64,000 nt of DNA. Origin: Gammaproteobacteria bacterium (GTDB lineage: Bacteria > Pseudomonadota > Gammaproteobacteria > UBA4575). The notes under the pieces are model-generated. The model was not told the DNA's origin, did no database searches, and worked only from the letters and a program-made list of their open reading frames with translations. The position numbers and the translations under genes were made by a program. This document shows, piece after piece, positions 11,226 to 20,555 of the stretch. How positions within the stretch are numbered: the stretch's first letter is position 1; each line of letters begins with the position of its first letter. The stretch is from contig CBDEUS010000002.1 of assembly GCA_965243395.1 (NCBI GenBank), forward strand, positions 1,120,001 to 1,184,000, in the 5' to 3' direction.

Positions 11226-12017
11226 TTATTTTAACCAATGAAATCGATTAGGAATCTTTTGGCCCATCCCAAGCTGGTATGCGGCTTGCAAACATTTCCA
11301 TGTGTATTCTTGTGCTTGATGAGTAGCGGAAACAACATCTTGGCCACGAGCTATATTTGCCGCAATAGCAGAGGCCAGCGTACAGCCGGAACCATGATAC
11401 TGATCAGGTAAGCGAGGCCAGGTATGTGAATCTAGCTTTCTATTATTTCCATAAAGCACATTGCAAACTTTATCGGTTTTTTCATGGCTTCCTGTAACTA
11501 ATACGTAATGTGCACCACGTTCTAAAAGTGCCATAGCACATGCATTTAATGAGTCCCCTTCAGGCGCTAAACTTCTTGCCTCTTCACTATTTGGAGTGAC
11601 GATAGTTGCTAGAGGGACTAGCAAAGTGTTGATAGCATCGACTACATCCTCATTTGCCAAGACTTTGCCGCCTCCAGCAACAATAATAGGATCCAGAACA
11701 ACAGGAATGTTTTCATAATCGGTAAGCAATGTATGAATTGCCATAGCAGTGGTGTCGCTGATAACTAAACCAATCTTTATCGCTGCAACATTCATGTCTT
11801 CTAGAACCACACGTGCTTGTTGAATGATAAAATGCTCATTTATTTGAGCCGTTTCAACGACATTGGTAGTATCTTGCGCTGTCACTGAGCTAATTATTGG
11901 TACTGTATGGCACCCAAGACTCGCAATTGTTTCAATATCTGCTTGTATACCGGCTCCACCTGTTGGATCAGCTCCTGAAATTGTCATTACTACGGGTGGA
12001 TTTATAGATGAGTTCAT
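11226..12017 (-). CDS. thiD: Hydroxymethylpyrimidine/phosphomethylpyrimidine kinase
   Basis: GADPTGGAGIQAD, IKIG, VLDP, TPNSEEA, HGSGCTLAS. Confidence 0.93.
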   Translation of the reverse strand: MNSSINPPVVMTISGADPTGGAGIQADIETIASLGCHTVPIISSVTAQDTTNVVETAQINEHFIIQQARVVLEDMNVAAIKIGLVISDTTAMAIHTLLTDYENIPVVLDPIIVAGGGKVLANEDVVDAINTLLVPLATIVTPNSEEARSLAPEGDSLNACAMALLERGAHYVLVTGSHEKTDKVCNVLYGNNRKLDSHTWPRLPDQYHGSGCTLASAIAANIARGQDVVSATHQAQEYTWKCLQAAYQLGMGQKIPNRFHWLK

Positions 12018-12046
12018 AAATCAATAAATGCAAGGAAGAAACATTT

Positions 12047-12217
12047 ATGCAGTATAAAACATATATGTGTGTCATATGTGGTTGGATCTACGATGAAGCT
12101 AAAGGTGCGCCTGAAGAAGGAATTGAACCAGGAACGCGTTGGGAAGAGATTCCATTTAACTGGAAATGTCCTGAATGTGGAGCGATGAAGGACGATTTTC
12201 AAATGGTAGAGGTATAA
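12047..12217 (+). CDS. Rubredoxin (56 aa; absent from the ORF track)
   Basis: Translated by hand: [56 protein letters not shown], with two CxxC knuckles and an AAGGA RBS. Confidence 0.95.
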   Translation: MQYKTYMCVICGWIYDEAKGAPEEGIEPGTRWEEIPFNWKCPECGAMKDDFQMVEV

Positions 12218-12235
12218 ATCCCTATCGTTAAAAAC

Positions 12236-12793
12236 TTAATTTTCCAATTGACTATGCAGATAGGCGATTTTAGCAGAGTGCTCAAGAGAGCAAGTCCATT
12301 TATATGCAAGATTAATTGTTTCGGCACACGCATACACGCCGTGACCACGCACAACTGTAATGCAATACTTACTTAACGTCTTTGCAACAATCTGTGGAGA
12401 TTTATCTGAGTAATCTTCAAAATCGATAGTGTGTACAGGTACAGTTGGGAAGTATAATTTTCCTTCAAAATCTTTAGGAATAAAGTCTTCGCCGGACATG
12501 GTTAAGGCAATCGTATGTGGGCCATGACTATGAAATACTGCATTCGCTTTTGCATTTTGCTGGTAAATTGCCACATGCAATTTTGCATCAAATGAGGCGT
12601 GTTCATTACAACTACCATCTATTGAGCATGCAATTAAGTCGTCGGCCTGAAGTGTATCTGCACAAGCACCTGTAGGGGTCACCCAGATTGTGTCTGCTTC
12701 TCGTGCTGAAGCATTACCACTATGTGAGTCGTTATATCCGTATTTTCGAAGCCAGCGATAATGTTGCACTAACTCTTGTTTTAATACCATCAT
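12236..12793 (-). CDS. Class II aldolase/adducin family protein
   Basis: SGNAS.R, VTPTG, LH..IY, FHSH and GHG zinc ligands. Confidence 0.88.
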   Translation of the reverse strand: MMVLKQELVQHYRWLRKYGYNDSHSGNASAREADTIWVTPTGACADTLQADDLIACSIDGSCNEHASFDAKLHVAIYQQNAKANAVFHSHGPHTIALTMSGEDFIPKDFEGKLYFPTVPVHTIDFEDYSDKSPQIVAKTLSKYCITVVRGHGVYACAETINLAYKWTCSLEHSAKIAYLHSQLEN

Positions 12794-12884
12794 TTATAAA
12801 AATACTTTAATTTATTGGGTAACTTCAGATAGGCTTACTGCCCGATTCATAACAAAAATTTTAATTGAATAAAGGATTGAGACA

Positions 12885-13817
12885 ATGTCTGCAATTATTT
12901 GCGGTTCCTTAGCATTTGACACCATTATGGTATTCCCTGATCGATTCAAGGAGCATATCTTGCCAGAGAAGGTGCATATACTAAATGTATCATTTATGGT
13001 GCCTCAAATGCGTCGTGAATTTGGAGGATGTTCAGGAAATATTGCTTATAACTTAAATCTACTAGGCGGTGATGGCTATCCTATGGGAACTGTAGGACAA
13101 GACTTTGATCCCTATGCAACATGGATGACGAAATGCGGGATAGATCAAAAATATATCAAACAGATCAACGACACCTACACTGCACAAGCGTTTATTACTA
13201 CTGATTTAGACGACAATCAGATAACTGCGTTTCACCCGGGTGCAATGAACCATGCACACGAAACTAGTATTCCTGCAAATGATGGAATTTCACTTGCATT
13301 AATATCACCAGATGGAAAAGACGGCATGATTCAGCATGCTCAACAGTGTGTGGATGCAGGAATTCCTTTTATGTTTGATCCTGGGCAAGGGATGCCAATG
13401 TTTAATGGAGAAGAACTATTACGTTTTGTTGAACAAGCAACCTATGTATGTGTAAACGACTATGAATCTCAATTGTTGCAAGAGCGTACAGGGTTAACAA
13501 TTAACCAAATCGCAGAAAAAGTTGAAGCCGCAATTGTTACACGGGGAAGCAAAGGATCAGTCATTCACACAAATGGCAACTCTATTGAGATTCCTGCGGT
13601 TAAAGCCAATTCGGTACAAGATCCCACTGGGTGCGGCGATGCTTATCGTGGCGGATTAATTTATGGATTAATGAATAATTTAGATTGGGAAGTAACAGGA
13701 CGTATTGCTGCTTTAGTCGGTGCTATAAAAGTTGCACATAATGGTACTCAAAACCATATGTTCACGATAAATGAATTTAAAGACTTATATAAAAAAGAAT
13801 TTGGACAAACCTTTTAG
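12885..13817 (+). CDS. PfkB-family kinase (adenosine-kinase-like)
   Basis: GSLAFD, FGGCSGN, DPGQ, NDYE, DPTGCGDAYRGG. Confidence 0.9.
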   Translation: MSAIICGSLAFDTIMVFPDRFKEHILPEKVHILNVSFMVPQMRREFGGCSGNIAYNLNLLGGDGYPMGTVGQDFDPYATWMTKCGIDQKYIKQINDTYTAQAFITTDLDDNQITAFHPGAMNHAHETSIPANDGISLALISPDGKDGMIQHAQQCVDAGIPFMFDPGQGMPMFNGEELLRFVEQATYVCVNDYESQLLQERTGLTINQIAEKVEAAIVTRGSKGSVIHTNGNSIEIPAVKANSVQDPTGCGDAYRGGLIYGLMNNLDWEVTGRIAALVGAIKVAHNGTQNHMFTINEFKDLYKKEFGQTF

Positions 13818-13821
13818 ATAT

Positions 13822-14475
13822 TTATTTTAATTTTAGCTGTTGCCAATTACATTTTTCAGCGTGTTCGCTTAGCTTTTCGTCTGCATCTACTGCAATTGGA
13901 TGAGTCACAAGTTCTAGCAGTGGTATATCATTGCGTGAATCTGTGTAGAAATAACTTCCTTCTAGAGAGTGGCTAGAATCCTGCAGCCATTCTTTCAAAC
14001 GTATAACTTTCCCATGTCCAAAACTTGGTGTACCTAGCACTTCACCTGTAAAACAACCATTTTTCATTTCAGGTTCAGTGGCAATCAAATCATGAATATC
14101 AAAAATGTCTTTTGTAGGCTCAGTAATAAAACGATTAGTTGCTGTAATGATAACAAGATGATCACCTGCATCACGGTGCTTGTTTATCAAATCTATAGCT
14201 TTAGGTTTGATGATGGGTTTGATTCTTTGTTCAATATATTCGTCACGCCATTGGCAAAGTTCTTCAAAAGAATTTTTTGCAAGAGGTTGTAAAGCAAATT
14301 TTAAAAATTCGAATACATCTAATGTTCCAGCTAAATATTCTTGATAGAAACGTTCATTTTCGCTTTCATAAAATTGCGCATCTACTTTCCCTTTTGCAAC
14401 AAGATGAGCACCCCATTCGTAATCACTGTCACCAGCTATAAGTGTTTCATCCAGATCGAACAGTGCTAAAGCCAT
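13822..14475 (-). CDS. HAD-IB family hydrolase
   Basis: LFDLDETL, ITAT, GK, YTDSRND.PLL motifs. Confidence 0.9.
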   Translation of the reverse strand: MALALFDLDETLIAGDSDYEWGAHLVAKGKVDAQFYESENERFYQEYLAGTLDVFEFLKFALQPLAKNSFEELCQWRDEYIEQRIKPIIKPKAIDLINKHRDAGDHLVIITATNRFITEPTKDIFDIHDLIATEPEMKNGCFTGEVLGTPSFGHGKVIRLKEWLQDSSHSLEGSYFYTDSRNDIPLLELVTHPIAVDADEKLSEHAEKCNWQQLKLK

Positions 14476-14623
14476 AATGATTGTAGTTTTTTAGTTTAAA
14501 TATTGTTCACACAGGGAGGAATAAGTGGTTGTATTGTATATGAATAGGTTAGTTATTCTAGATCTAGTCTAAATTGCTCCACGTTAGGCCCTATGCAACA
14601 ATAGTGTGCAGGGAGGGTGAGCT

Positions 14624-15115
14624 ATGGAATGTAATCAACATGTAATTGATGCTTCAGGTTATCGAGAAAATGTTGGGATTATTGTATGTAATGAGTTTCA
14701 GAATGTAGTTTGGTGTAAACGAAGTGGTCAAGATGCATGGCAATTTCCACAGGGTGGGGTGCAGCAAGATGAATCAATCGAACAAGCACTGTTCCGTGAA
14801 CTAAGAGAGGAAACAGGACTAGAAGATCGTCATGTTGAAATTCTTGCTCGCACAAAAGATTGGTTGCATTATCGACTTCCAGAACATCTTGTACGTAAAA
14901 ATAGCTTGCCAAAGTGTATTGGTCAAAAACAACGGTGGTTTTTACTTAAATTAAAAACTGATGAAAGTAAAATTAATTTAAGGTCCTCAATAAATCCGGA
15001 ATTTGATAATTGGCGCTGGGTAGAATATTGGCACCCCCTTGAAGAGGTGATTTTCTTTAAAAGAAATGTCTATGAGCGCGCTTTAAAAGAATTTGAGCCT
15101 CTCTTGTTCCACTAA
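14624..15115 (+). CDS. rppH: RNA pyrophosphohydrolase
   Basis: GYRENVGI, WQFPQGG, RELREETGL Nudix box, GQKQRWFLL. Confidence 0.95.
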   Translation: MECNQHVIDASGYRENVGIIVCNEFQNVVWCKRSGQDAWQFPQGGVQQDESIEQALFRELREETGLEDRHVEILARTKDWLHYRLPEHLVRKNSLPKCIGQKQRWFLLKLKTDESKINLRSSINPEFDNWRWVEYWHPLEEVIFFKRNVYERALKEFEPLLFH

Positions 15116-15119
15116 AAAT

Positions 15120-15599
15120 TTAAGAACTTTCTACTTTCATCATTGATTGTAGATAATTTTCCATGCCCACACGATCAATTCGCTCAAACTGAGTTTCAAT
15201 CCAATCGATATGTTCTTCCTCGTTTTCAAGTATTTCTTCGAATAGTTCTCTAGAAATGTAGTCGGATACTTCTTCACAATATGCAATAGCTTCTTTTAAA
15301 TCTGGTACAGCAATTTGCTCCATTTTTAAATCACACTCCAACATTTCTTTTGGGTTTTCACCGATAAAAATCTTTCCAATATCTTGTAAGTTCGGAAGAC
15401 CTTCTAAAAACAAAATTCTTTCGATGAGCATATCTGCATGTTTCATCTCATCGATTGATTCGTGATATTCGTAATCATTGAGTTTTTCTAAGCCCCAATT
15501 TTTATACATGCGTGCATGTAAAAAGTACTGATTGATTGCAGATAGCTCGTTTTTTAATACTTTGTTAAGAAATTCGATTACTTTTTTGTCGCCTTGCAT
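15120..15599 (-). CDS. bfr: Bacterioferritin
   Basis: [17 protein letters not shown] (heme-ligand Met), EEEHIDW ferroxidase residues. Confidence 0.97.
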   Translation of the reverse strand: MQGDKKVIEFLNKVLKNELSAINQYFLHARMYKNWGLEKLNDYEYHESIDEMKHADMLIERILFLEGLPNLQDIGKIFIGENPKEMLECDLKMEQIAVPDLKEAIAYCEEVSDYISRELFEEILENEEEHIDWIETQFERIDRVGMENYLQSMMKVESS

Positions 15600-15700
15600 C
15601 CTTAGCTCCTAATAAAATGTAGAGATAAAGCGTATGGTGGTGGAATTTGTTTGTCAAAAGAATTTAAATGTTTGTATAAAATATAAATTCAAATGCAGAA

Positions 15701-15722
15701 TATAATGATAATGATTTGCATC
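15701..15722. promoter_or_regulatory. Fur-box-like site between bfd and bfr
   Basis: TATAATGATAATGATTTGC matches GATAATGATAATCATTATC at 15/19. Confidence 0.65.
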
Positions 15723-15889
15723 GCCTTTTAGATTTATAAAAAGACCTCTCTATAGTTAAAACATCGAGACGTAATTTTATAATATTTGATCACTATGATT
15801 TGAGATCATTAATAATGATCAATAAATTATTTGAGATGTGAGATTCGAATAATTTTTGAGCTTGGATTAAGCTCAATCAAGATTACTGT

Positions 15890-16093
15890 TTAGGCGTTAC
15901 ACGCAACAGGTATCAGTAAGTCAGGACTAGAAGCTTTATGTTCTTTGATGCATTTTTTCACGCAACTACCGCACTTGCCACATTGATTGGTAACCCCGAG
16001 GTTTTCACGTAACTGCCTGACTGTCTCAGAACCACGTTCAATTTCATCACGCAGTTGTGTTTCAGTGACTTGATTGCAAATACAAATATACAT
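15890..16093 (-). CDS. bfd: Bacterioferritin-associated ferredoxin
   Basis: MYICIC...LGVTNQCGKC; adjacent to bfr. Confidence 0.93.
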   Translation of the reverse strand: MYICICNQVTETQLRDEIERGSETVRQLRENLGVTNQCGKCGSCVKKCIKEHKASSPDLLIPVACNA

Positions 16094-16103
16094 AATAGGT
16101 CTA

Positions 16104-16134
16104 ATTGTAAACGCAAATGAGAATGATTGTCAAT
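16104..16134 (-). promoter_or_regulatory. bfd promoter overlapped by a Fur box
   Basis: Minus strand TTGACA-N18-TACAAT. AATGAGAAT-G-ATTGTCAAT (16116-16134) fits the 9-1-9 Fur consensus. Confidence 0.75.
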
Positions 16135-16170
16135 AACGTTTATAAACCATTCTATAATCGTAGTTTATGG

Positions 16171-16887
16171 TTATTTGCGGACGGACCAGAGCCAAATTCC
16201 TGTAAGGGAAAGAATCAATAGCAGAATAGCTGCCGCATCAATGACATATATGCCGTATTTTCCAAAAACCCTGCCACTGTGTGCATCTAATAAAAATCTC
16301 TCAAGGCTGATTTGCCGACTCATGTCATGGGTTTCTATGACTTGACGCAAGGCGGGCAGGGTAATGCTTGGAGCAACCCATTGAGGGTGTGGGCCGTTAT
16401 ATTCTTGCCAGTCAAATAGGTCTTTTGTACTTTCCCAGTACTTCGTGCCACCCCTTACCACTGTTGTACCCTTTGTAGAAATTGAAATACCTAACGGTGA
16501 TTCTTTTAAGCCATCTAATTTTGTAACTTGATCAATTAGATTTCCTTGAAAATCAGTCACGATTAAGGAACCAGATACTGCAATAATGATTTGATCGTTA
16601 TTTGTTACGGCACCAAATAACTTTTCCACATTACCAGTAATCGGTTTACCTGAGAGATAAAGGTGTTCTCCGGCGTGAGATACAGTTTGGTTGTTAAGTT
16701 GGTAGGTGATAATCGGATTAGGTTTGATACCGTAGTAACTCAACAACCATGTATTGGTTAGAAATTTAGATGGTAGGCCGAGGCCATCACTGTGTTGTAT
16801 AAAAATACCGGTAATGACTAAGAAAATAATAAAAGCTGAAGCAAGCAGTCCGATTCTGCGGTGCCATTTGTGAAGTTTTGCTGCCAT
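16171..16887 (-). CDS. PepSY-associated TM-helix domain protein
   Basis: LHKWHRRIG...ITG at the N-terminus and LDAHSGR..G...LTGIWLW at the C-terminus. Confidence 0.85.
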   Translation of the reverse strand: MAAKLHKWHRRIGLLASAFIIFLVITGIFIQHSDGLGLPSKFLTNTWLLSYYGIKPNPIITYQLNNQTVSHAGEHLYLSGKPITGNVEKLFGAVTNNDQIIIAVSGSLIVTDFQGNLIDQVTKLDGLKESPLGISISTKGTTVVRGGTKYWESTKDLFDWQEYNGPHPQWVAPSITLPALRQVIETHDMSRQISLERFLLDAHSGRVFGKYGIYVIDAAAILLLILSLTGIWLWSVRK

Positions 16888-16914
16888 GCCATGATGTGTA
16901 TTTTTTGCAAAATT

Positions 16915-17433
16915 TTAGCATGAATCTTTTGTTACATGATCGTGTAACAATAGTGCCATTCTTGAAATATTTGTCACAGCATCGACAGACATGGTAGCTC
17001 CAGTAATATTATCGATTCTTCTATCTAGTTTATTTTTTTTACCTAACTTTGCATTGACAAATTGCTCGCCAAAATAATCGTGTTTTACTTCCCATCCGCG
17101 ACTTTCACGAAATATTAAAACTTTTACTTTTTCCAAGCCTTGTCCGTTTACGATGAAGCCCGTTGTGATGTAACGCTCTTTGCCGATTTCCTCTAATATC
17201 CATGCCGTTCGACATTCATTTTGCCAGTAGGGCACACGTATTTTTTTGTAGCGATGACCCAGAATTTTTTTAACTTCTTTGCCGAGATCGCCAGACAAAG
17301 TAATACGCTCAGGATCAGGTGTGGTTCCAAATGCAGTCGTCAGAAAGTCTTCAGGCGTTTGATAAACCCTGTCTTTTGCATTTACTAAAGAAATGAAACA
17401 CGTAAAAATAAAAATTAATAGAATCTTCTTCAT
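16915..17433 (-). CDS. Periplasmic FMN-binding (flavinylation-target) protein
   Basis: Signal peptide and DNITGATMS, the ApbE flavinylation motif [S/T]GA[S/T]. Confidence 0.88.
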   Translation of the reverse strand: MKKILLIFIFTCFISLVNAKDRVYQTPEDFLTTAFGTTPDPERITLSGDLGKEVKKILGHRYKKIRVPYWQNECRTAWILEEIGKERYITTGFIVNGQGLEKVKVLIFRESRGWEVKHDYFGEQFVNAKLGKKNKLDRRIDNITGATMSVDAVTNISRMALLLHDHVTKDSC

Positions 17434-17478
17434 AAAAATACTCAAACTTAATTCTTATATTTGTATAACTGACTCACT

Positions 17479-17513
17479 AAAAAGCCCATATCGGGTTAAT
17501 TCAATATGGGCTT
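17479..17513 (-). terminator. Intrinsic terminator after the porin gene
   Basis: Minus strand AAGCCCATAT...ATATGGGCTT followed by a T-run. Confidence 0.7.
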
Positions 17514-17537
17514 ACAGATTTATAATACTGGATTACT

Positions 17538-18800
17538 TTAGAACATATAACCAATGCCTAAATCAAAGCCATCTAAATCGCGTCCTGCGGCCTCACCAGC
17601 CGGGTCGTGTTCACGATCACGCCAATTAGCTTTAACTACTACACTTTCGTGTGGCCACCAGTTAACACCTGCTTCAATCTCATGATATTGGTCTTGTTCA
17701 CGTGCGCCTTCTACATCTAAGAACCGTGCGTAAATTCCGACATATTCATTTAATTTGAAGCTCGGTTCAATGTACCAGCCAAATTGATCATCAAGTTCTT
17801 CTGCAGTGTCTTCAATGTCGCCACTGAAATCCCATTGAGCATACAAAGCACGTAGGCCAAATGGTCCACGGTTATATATTGCATGAGTAGTGAGTAGCGT
17901 GCCGTCGTCGATGAAGTCATCTTCTGCAGCCGTATCATCATCTTGAGTGGGATCAAACTGATGTTGTGCAGAAGCCGCTAATTCAAGACCTTGTATACCT
18001 GTGTATTTAAGTCTTCCCGTTATAGCGCCGTCACTAAAACGCTGATTGGATAATTTACCTCGAGCGCTTCGAACACGGCCACTAAAACCAGAAAAGTTTA
18101 AACCTGAGGTATACGCAAGATCGGCACTCAATCCATTATCGAACGTCATTGTTCCTCCTATTCCACCTTCCCACCAGGTTGCTGGAATAATAATACTTTC
18201 AACTCCATTGCGCTCAACACCATAAAATGTAGGAGGTTCATGCGTTTCATTTAATATACCTACCGGCTGAAGGAAAACACCTCCACGCACCTGAGCGTTT
18301 TCATTTACATCATATTCTATGAAAGCTTGTTCTATTTCGACTTCACCATCGAGAGGTTCGCCATCAGCTTCTACACCACCATGTTCAATTTCAAACTCAG
18401 ATACGAACCGTAGGTCATCAGTAAATTCTTTACCTATAAATAAAACGAAACGATGTAGATCGATTTCTTCTAAATCTCGGTCACTATCGTCCGCATCATA
18501 GTTGTTGTAATGAACTTCACCGTATCCTCCAAGTGAAATACCTTCAAAGACATCGAGCGGACTGTCTTCCACCACTTCCGCGGTAGCTGTGGCAATTTCT
18601 GTAGCTTCTTCCGCTTTTTCTTCAGCGCGGGTGGCTTTTTCAATTGCTTCTTTTTGTTGAGACATTAAGTACTCAACTGCTTTTTTTAGATTTTCATATT
18701 CTTCTCGGTCAACTGTAATTTTTTCTGCATTTGCAGGTGCAATCAAAACAGTAATAGCCAGAAGTAATACAAACTTGATTAGGATTTTTTGAACAATCAT
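17538..18800 (-). CDS. Outer-membrane porin (OprO/P-like) with N-terminal coiled coil
   Basis: Signal peptide, coiled coil, GGYGEVHYNN, RFVLFIG, EIEQAFIEY, NETHEPPTF and a C-terminal beta-signal GIGYMF. Confidence 0.82.
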   Translation of the reverse strand: MIVQKILIKFVLLLAITVLIAPANAEKITVDREEYENLKKAVEYLMSQQKEAIEKATRAEEKAEEATEIATATAEVVEDSPLDVFEGISLGGYGEVHYNNYDADDSDRDLEEIDLHRFVLFIGKEFTDDLRFVSEFEIEHGGVEADGEPLDGEVEIEQAFIEYDVNENAQVRGGVFLQPVGILNETHEPPTFYGVERNGVESIIIPATWWEGGIGGTMTFDNGLSADLAYTSGLNFSGFSGRVRSARGKLSNQRFSDGAITGRLKYTGIQGLELAASAQHQFDPTQDDDTAAEDDFIDDGTLLTTHAIYNRGPFGLRALYAQWDFSGDIEDTAEELDDQFGWYIEPSFKLNEYVGIYARFLDVEGAREQDQYHEIEAGVNWWPHESVVVKANWRDREHDPAGEAAGRDLDGFDLGIGYMF

Positions 18801-18885
18801 TTATTTCTCCCTTAAATAGCTGATCGATGGCATGGCTATAATTTTTGCTAGCCTGAGGTTATTTGCGAATGTTTTTATTAATACT

Positions 18886-18904
18886 AATGAGAATGATTCG
18901 CATT
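18886..18904. promoter_or_regulatory. Fur box upstream of the porin operon
   Basis: AATGAGAAT-G-ATTCGCATT, a 9-1-9 Fur-like palindrome. Confidence 0.75.
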
Positions 18905-19012
18905 TGTATATCTATTTAAGGATAGTTCTCCAAAGGATTGTTGTTATGTGGTTTTTAGTACTTTTAAGCGGATTTGAAGCTATAACATTAGAATTTCGTT
19001 ACAGTTCACGCT

Positions 19013-19729
19013 ATGAAATTCAAACAAATCCTTATAAATAGTGTGCTTTCTTTAGCGTTATTTTGTTCGAGTTTTTATCTTGCTTGGTTGATAAGCGTTC
19101 AGAATAATTTTTTATATTCAACTTGGTATGAAGTTTTAGATATCCAAAAGACAATTGAACGTTATGGGCCACAAAACAAGTTCAGAGATGGTTTTGAAAA
19201 GCTTGATAAGGCAGAGCATGTTCAATTATTTAATGGAATTGTGAAAGCAATTCAAAATAACGGTAACGGCCTTGAGAAACTCGAATATACAAAGACTAAT
19301 AGCAAGGAAAAGTTATTAACTAATGCTGAAGTTATACATTTGCAAGATGTTGCGAATTTAATAACAAAAATCAAGTATTCAGCACTAGCCGGGTTTATCA
19401 CAGTTGCTGTCTTATTGGGCGTTATGTTTTTAACTAATGTCGCAATCAGTACATTAAGAGCCCATCTGTTGGGTGGTGTTGGGGTAATTATTTTATTAAC
19501 TGTTTTGATATTTATTGTTGGACCAACTAACGTATTTTATTGGGGGCATGAACTAATTTTTCCTGATAATCATCAATGGTTTTTTTATTATGAAGAATCG
19601 TTAATGAGTACCATGATGAAAGCACCAGTACTTTTTGGTCCTATTGCACTTCAACTTTTATTTTTGACAATGCTTTTGTGGATAATGTTTTTAGTGCTTA
19701 TTAGAAAAATGACAAATTCAATTGCGTAG
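19013..19729 (+). CDS. DUF1461 / Lit-like (lipoprotein intramolecular transacylase-like) membrane protein
   Basis: Four TM segments with E..HL.DV and F...H...F....W.F motifs. Confidence 0.7.
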   Translation: MKFKQILINSVLSLALFCSSFYLAWLISVQNNFLYSTWYEVLDIQKTIERYGPQNKFRDGFEKLDKAEHVQLFNGIVKAIQNNGNGLEKLEYTKTNSKEKLLTNAEVIHLQDVANLITKIKYSALAGFITVAVLLGVMFLTNVAISTLRAHLLGGVGVIILLTVLIFIVGPTNVFYWGHELIFPDNHQWFFYYEESLMSTMMKAPVLFGPIALQLLFLTMLLWIMFLVLIRKMTNSIA

Positions 19730-19732
19730 TAA

Positions 19733-20152
19733 TTATTTTGTGCAGTTATCGGGGTTATTACAAATACCATAAATAATCAAGGCATGATCCGTAATTCTAA
19801 ACCCTTCTTTTTTAGCAATTTTATTTTGCTTATCTTCAATTTCATCATCAACGAACTCAACAATTTTTCCACATTTCACGCATACTATGTGATCGTGATG
19901 ATGTCCTCTTTCGAGCTCAAATACAGCTTGCCCTGATTCAAAATGATGTCGATTCACAAGTGATGCAGACTCGAATTGAGTGAGAACACGGTAAATTGTC
20001 GCCAAGCCTATCTCATCACCGGAATCCAGAAGGATTTTGTAGATATCTTCTGCACTTAAGTGGCGTTCGCTAGAATTTTCTAAGATTTCTAGAATTTTCA
20101 TTCTAGGCAAAGTGACTTTTAGTCCGGCGCGTTTTAGATCTTGGTTCTCCAT
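19733..20152 (-). CDS. fur: Ferric uptake regulator
   Basis: LK.AGLKVTLPR, HLSAEDIY, GLATIYRVL, HHHDHIVC..CG. Confidence 0.96.
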   Translation of the reverse strand: MENQDLKRAGLKVTLPRMKILEILENSSERHLSAEDIYKILLDSGDEIGLATIYRVLTQFESASLVNRHHFESGQAVFELERGHHHDHIVCVKCGKIVEFVDDEIEDKQNKIAKKEGFRITDHALIIYGICNNPDNCTK

Positions 20153-20361
20153 CTGCAAAATTCTATCTTATTTGGAGAACACTTGCCTGGCTGATTAAAG
20201 CTAGCGGAGGAGGGCTTTAATGTGGCTTGGTAGTGTGGAGTTGCAAGGAACAAACAGTGCTACTCATGAAGCGAACCTAGCTATTAGCTGTTTTATAACA
20301 AATATCTGCATATATCATGTTATAAAAAGAGATTGTTATGGCTTGGATCGCGAACCTTTTG

Positions 20362-20544
20362 TTATTTTGTTAATAATAATTTGTTATTACTTGTAATTTG
20401 TAAAATATATTTATCACCTTGATGATTTAAGGTTACTCTTTTCTTTCCTTGAAAGATTTTTTCAACATTAATGATATCAAGTGCATCATTAGGCGAAATT
20501 TTTTGTAATTTAATTGTTTTATTTGCAGGAGTAGAGATATTCAT
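20362..20544 (-). CDS. hemP: Hemin uptake protein HemP
   Basis: C-terminal H.G..Y.L..T...KLLLTK signature. Confidence 0.9.
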   Translation of the reverse strand: MNISTPANKTIKLQKISPNDALDIINVEKIFQGKKRVTLNHQGDKYILQITSNNKLLLTK

Positions 20545-20555
20545 AGCCGATTAAA

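Noticed and set aside
12018-12046. TPP riboswitch before thiD-thiE
   Set aside because: Only 29 nt separate thiD from the divergent rubredoxin, and no THI-box motif is present.
16888-16917. FMN-binding and PepSY genes are in the same frame separated by a single TAA (possible read-through fusion)
   Set aside because: One-in-three chance, TAA is a strong stop, and the two are normally separate proteins.
20217-20268. 16-codon ORF (MSSTVCSLQLHTTKPH) upstream of fur as a uof-like leader
   Set aside because: No RBS, and it does not overlap the fur start, so it is indistinguishable from chance.
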